Origin: Anaerolineae bacterium
GTDB lineage: Bacteria > Chloroflexota > Anaerolineae > B4-G1 > DUEL01
DNA: 64,000 bases
NCBI GenBank assembly: GCA_041082215.1
Contig: JBDOIF010000008.1
Span: forward strand, 6,036-70,035
Direction: 5' to 3'
Shown here: positions 63,433 through 64,000 of the stretch, one piece after another
How positions within the stretch are numbered: the first letter of the stretch is position 1
How the letters are laid out: each line of letters starts with the position of its first letter
The notes under the pieces: generated by a model
Seen by the model: the letters and a program-made list of their open reading frames with translations, nothing else
Databases searched by the model: none
What the model was told of the DNA's origin: nothing
Position numbers and translations under genes: made by a program

Positions 63433-64000
63433 ATGCGTAAGTCATTGATCGCAGTAACGGGCCTGACCATCCTGGTGACGCTGCTCGTTGCCTGCGCCCC
63501 GAAGCCGACTCCCACTGCAGCCCCCTTCCGGGTCGGCATGGTGACCGACGTGGGCGGGATTGACGACAAGTCCTTCAACGCCACCTCCTGGCACGGCATG
63601 GAGCTGGCGCGGGACGAGCTGGGGGTGGAGGTCGCCTACCTGGAGTCCCAGCAGCAGGCGGACTATGCAGCCAACATCACCCAGTTCCTGGATCAGGGCT
63701 ACGATATGATCGTCACGGTGGGCTTCCTGCTGGGGGAGGACACGAAGACCTTCGCCGAGCAGAATCCCGACACCAAGTTCGCCATCGTCGACTTCGCCTA
63801 CGACCCGCCCATCAACAATGTGCTGGGGCTGACCTTCGCCACCGATGAGGCGGCCTTCCTGGCCGGCTACCTGGCGGCGGGGATGACCAAGACCGGGAAA
63901 GTGGGCACCTTCGGCGGCATCGAGATCCCGCCGGTCACCATCTTCATGGTCGGCTTCCAGGGCGGGGTTAACTACTACAATGAGAAGCACGGCACCAACG
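63433..64000 (+). CDS. BMP family (Med/PnrA-like) ABC-transporter substrate-binding lipoprotein, 3' end off-window
   Basis: Not in the ORF track because it has no stop in the window. My translation: MRKSLIAVTGLTILVTLLVAC (lipobox) ...RVGMVTDVGGIDDKSFN...GTFGGIEIPPV. GAGGAGAAAG RBS. Confidence 0.85.
   Translation, partial: MRKSLIAVTGLTILVTLLVACAPKPTPTAAPFRVGMVTDVGGIDDKSFNATSWHGMELARDELGVEVAYLESQQQADYAANITQFLDQGYDMIVTVGFLLGEDTKTFAEQNPDTKFAIVDFAYDPPINNVLGLTFATDEAAFLAGYLAAGMTKTGKVGTFGGIEIPPVTIFMVGFQGGVNYYNEKHGTN

Overview
GC-rich bacterial chromosomal window (about two-thirds G+C by eye, not computed). Gene content fits a Chloroflexota-like organism, but that is inference only. I support about 53 protein-coding genes and 2 tRNAs (Leu-UAG, Phe-GAA). 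I recognised no rRNA, CRISPR, transposase, integrase, phage genes or known defence system. Gene order, left to right: two GT-C-like membrane proteins; a PLP D-Cys desulfhydrase/ACC-deaminase family enzyme; a Zn-ribbon membrane protein; a LysM/M23 peptidase; a 2008-aa REC-like/PAS/9xGAF histidine kinase; rlmI; a DUF134 protein plus a molybdenum-storage-like protein; clpP-tig-tRNA-Leu; a LysM-LTD protein; an MFS operon; a GntR-SPFH-(paralog pair)-YhfC-MBL operon; a LuxR-TM-Kelch regulator; a GAF-PAS class III cyclase; a GT2; tsaE-tsaB-rimI-udg-glnA-pgm; GerW-like proteins; resB-ccsA; an AmmeMemoRadiSam pair with export signals; a beta-helix protein; tRNA-Phe; a 13-kb 2-oxoacid:ferredoxin oxidoreductase + heterodisulfide-reductase (Hdr/MvhD) cluster; an alpha/beta hydrolase; a metallophosphoesterase; and a 3'-truncated BMP lipoprotein. 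Four observations stand out. (1) A ~190-bp palindromic repeat built from phased 9-bp CGAAT units occurs 6 times. It is almost always placed 16-17 nt upstream of the -35 box of an outward-facing sigma70-like promoter, sometimes on both sides. (2) An HdrA-MvhD fusion carries an in-frame TGA exactly at a conserved Cys, followed by an fdhF-like SECIS hairpin, so it is a predicted selenoprotein. (3) TGAC-containing 7/8-nt tandem arrays occupy many intra-operon gene junctions and sometimes supply stop codons or coding sequence. (4) The AmmeMemoRadiSam system appears to be exported: a Tat signal on the radical SAM enzyme and a lipobox on a Memo-AMMECR1 fusion. All family assignments come from motifs read by eye. 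No database search was run.
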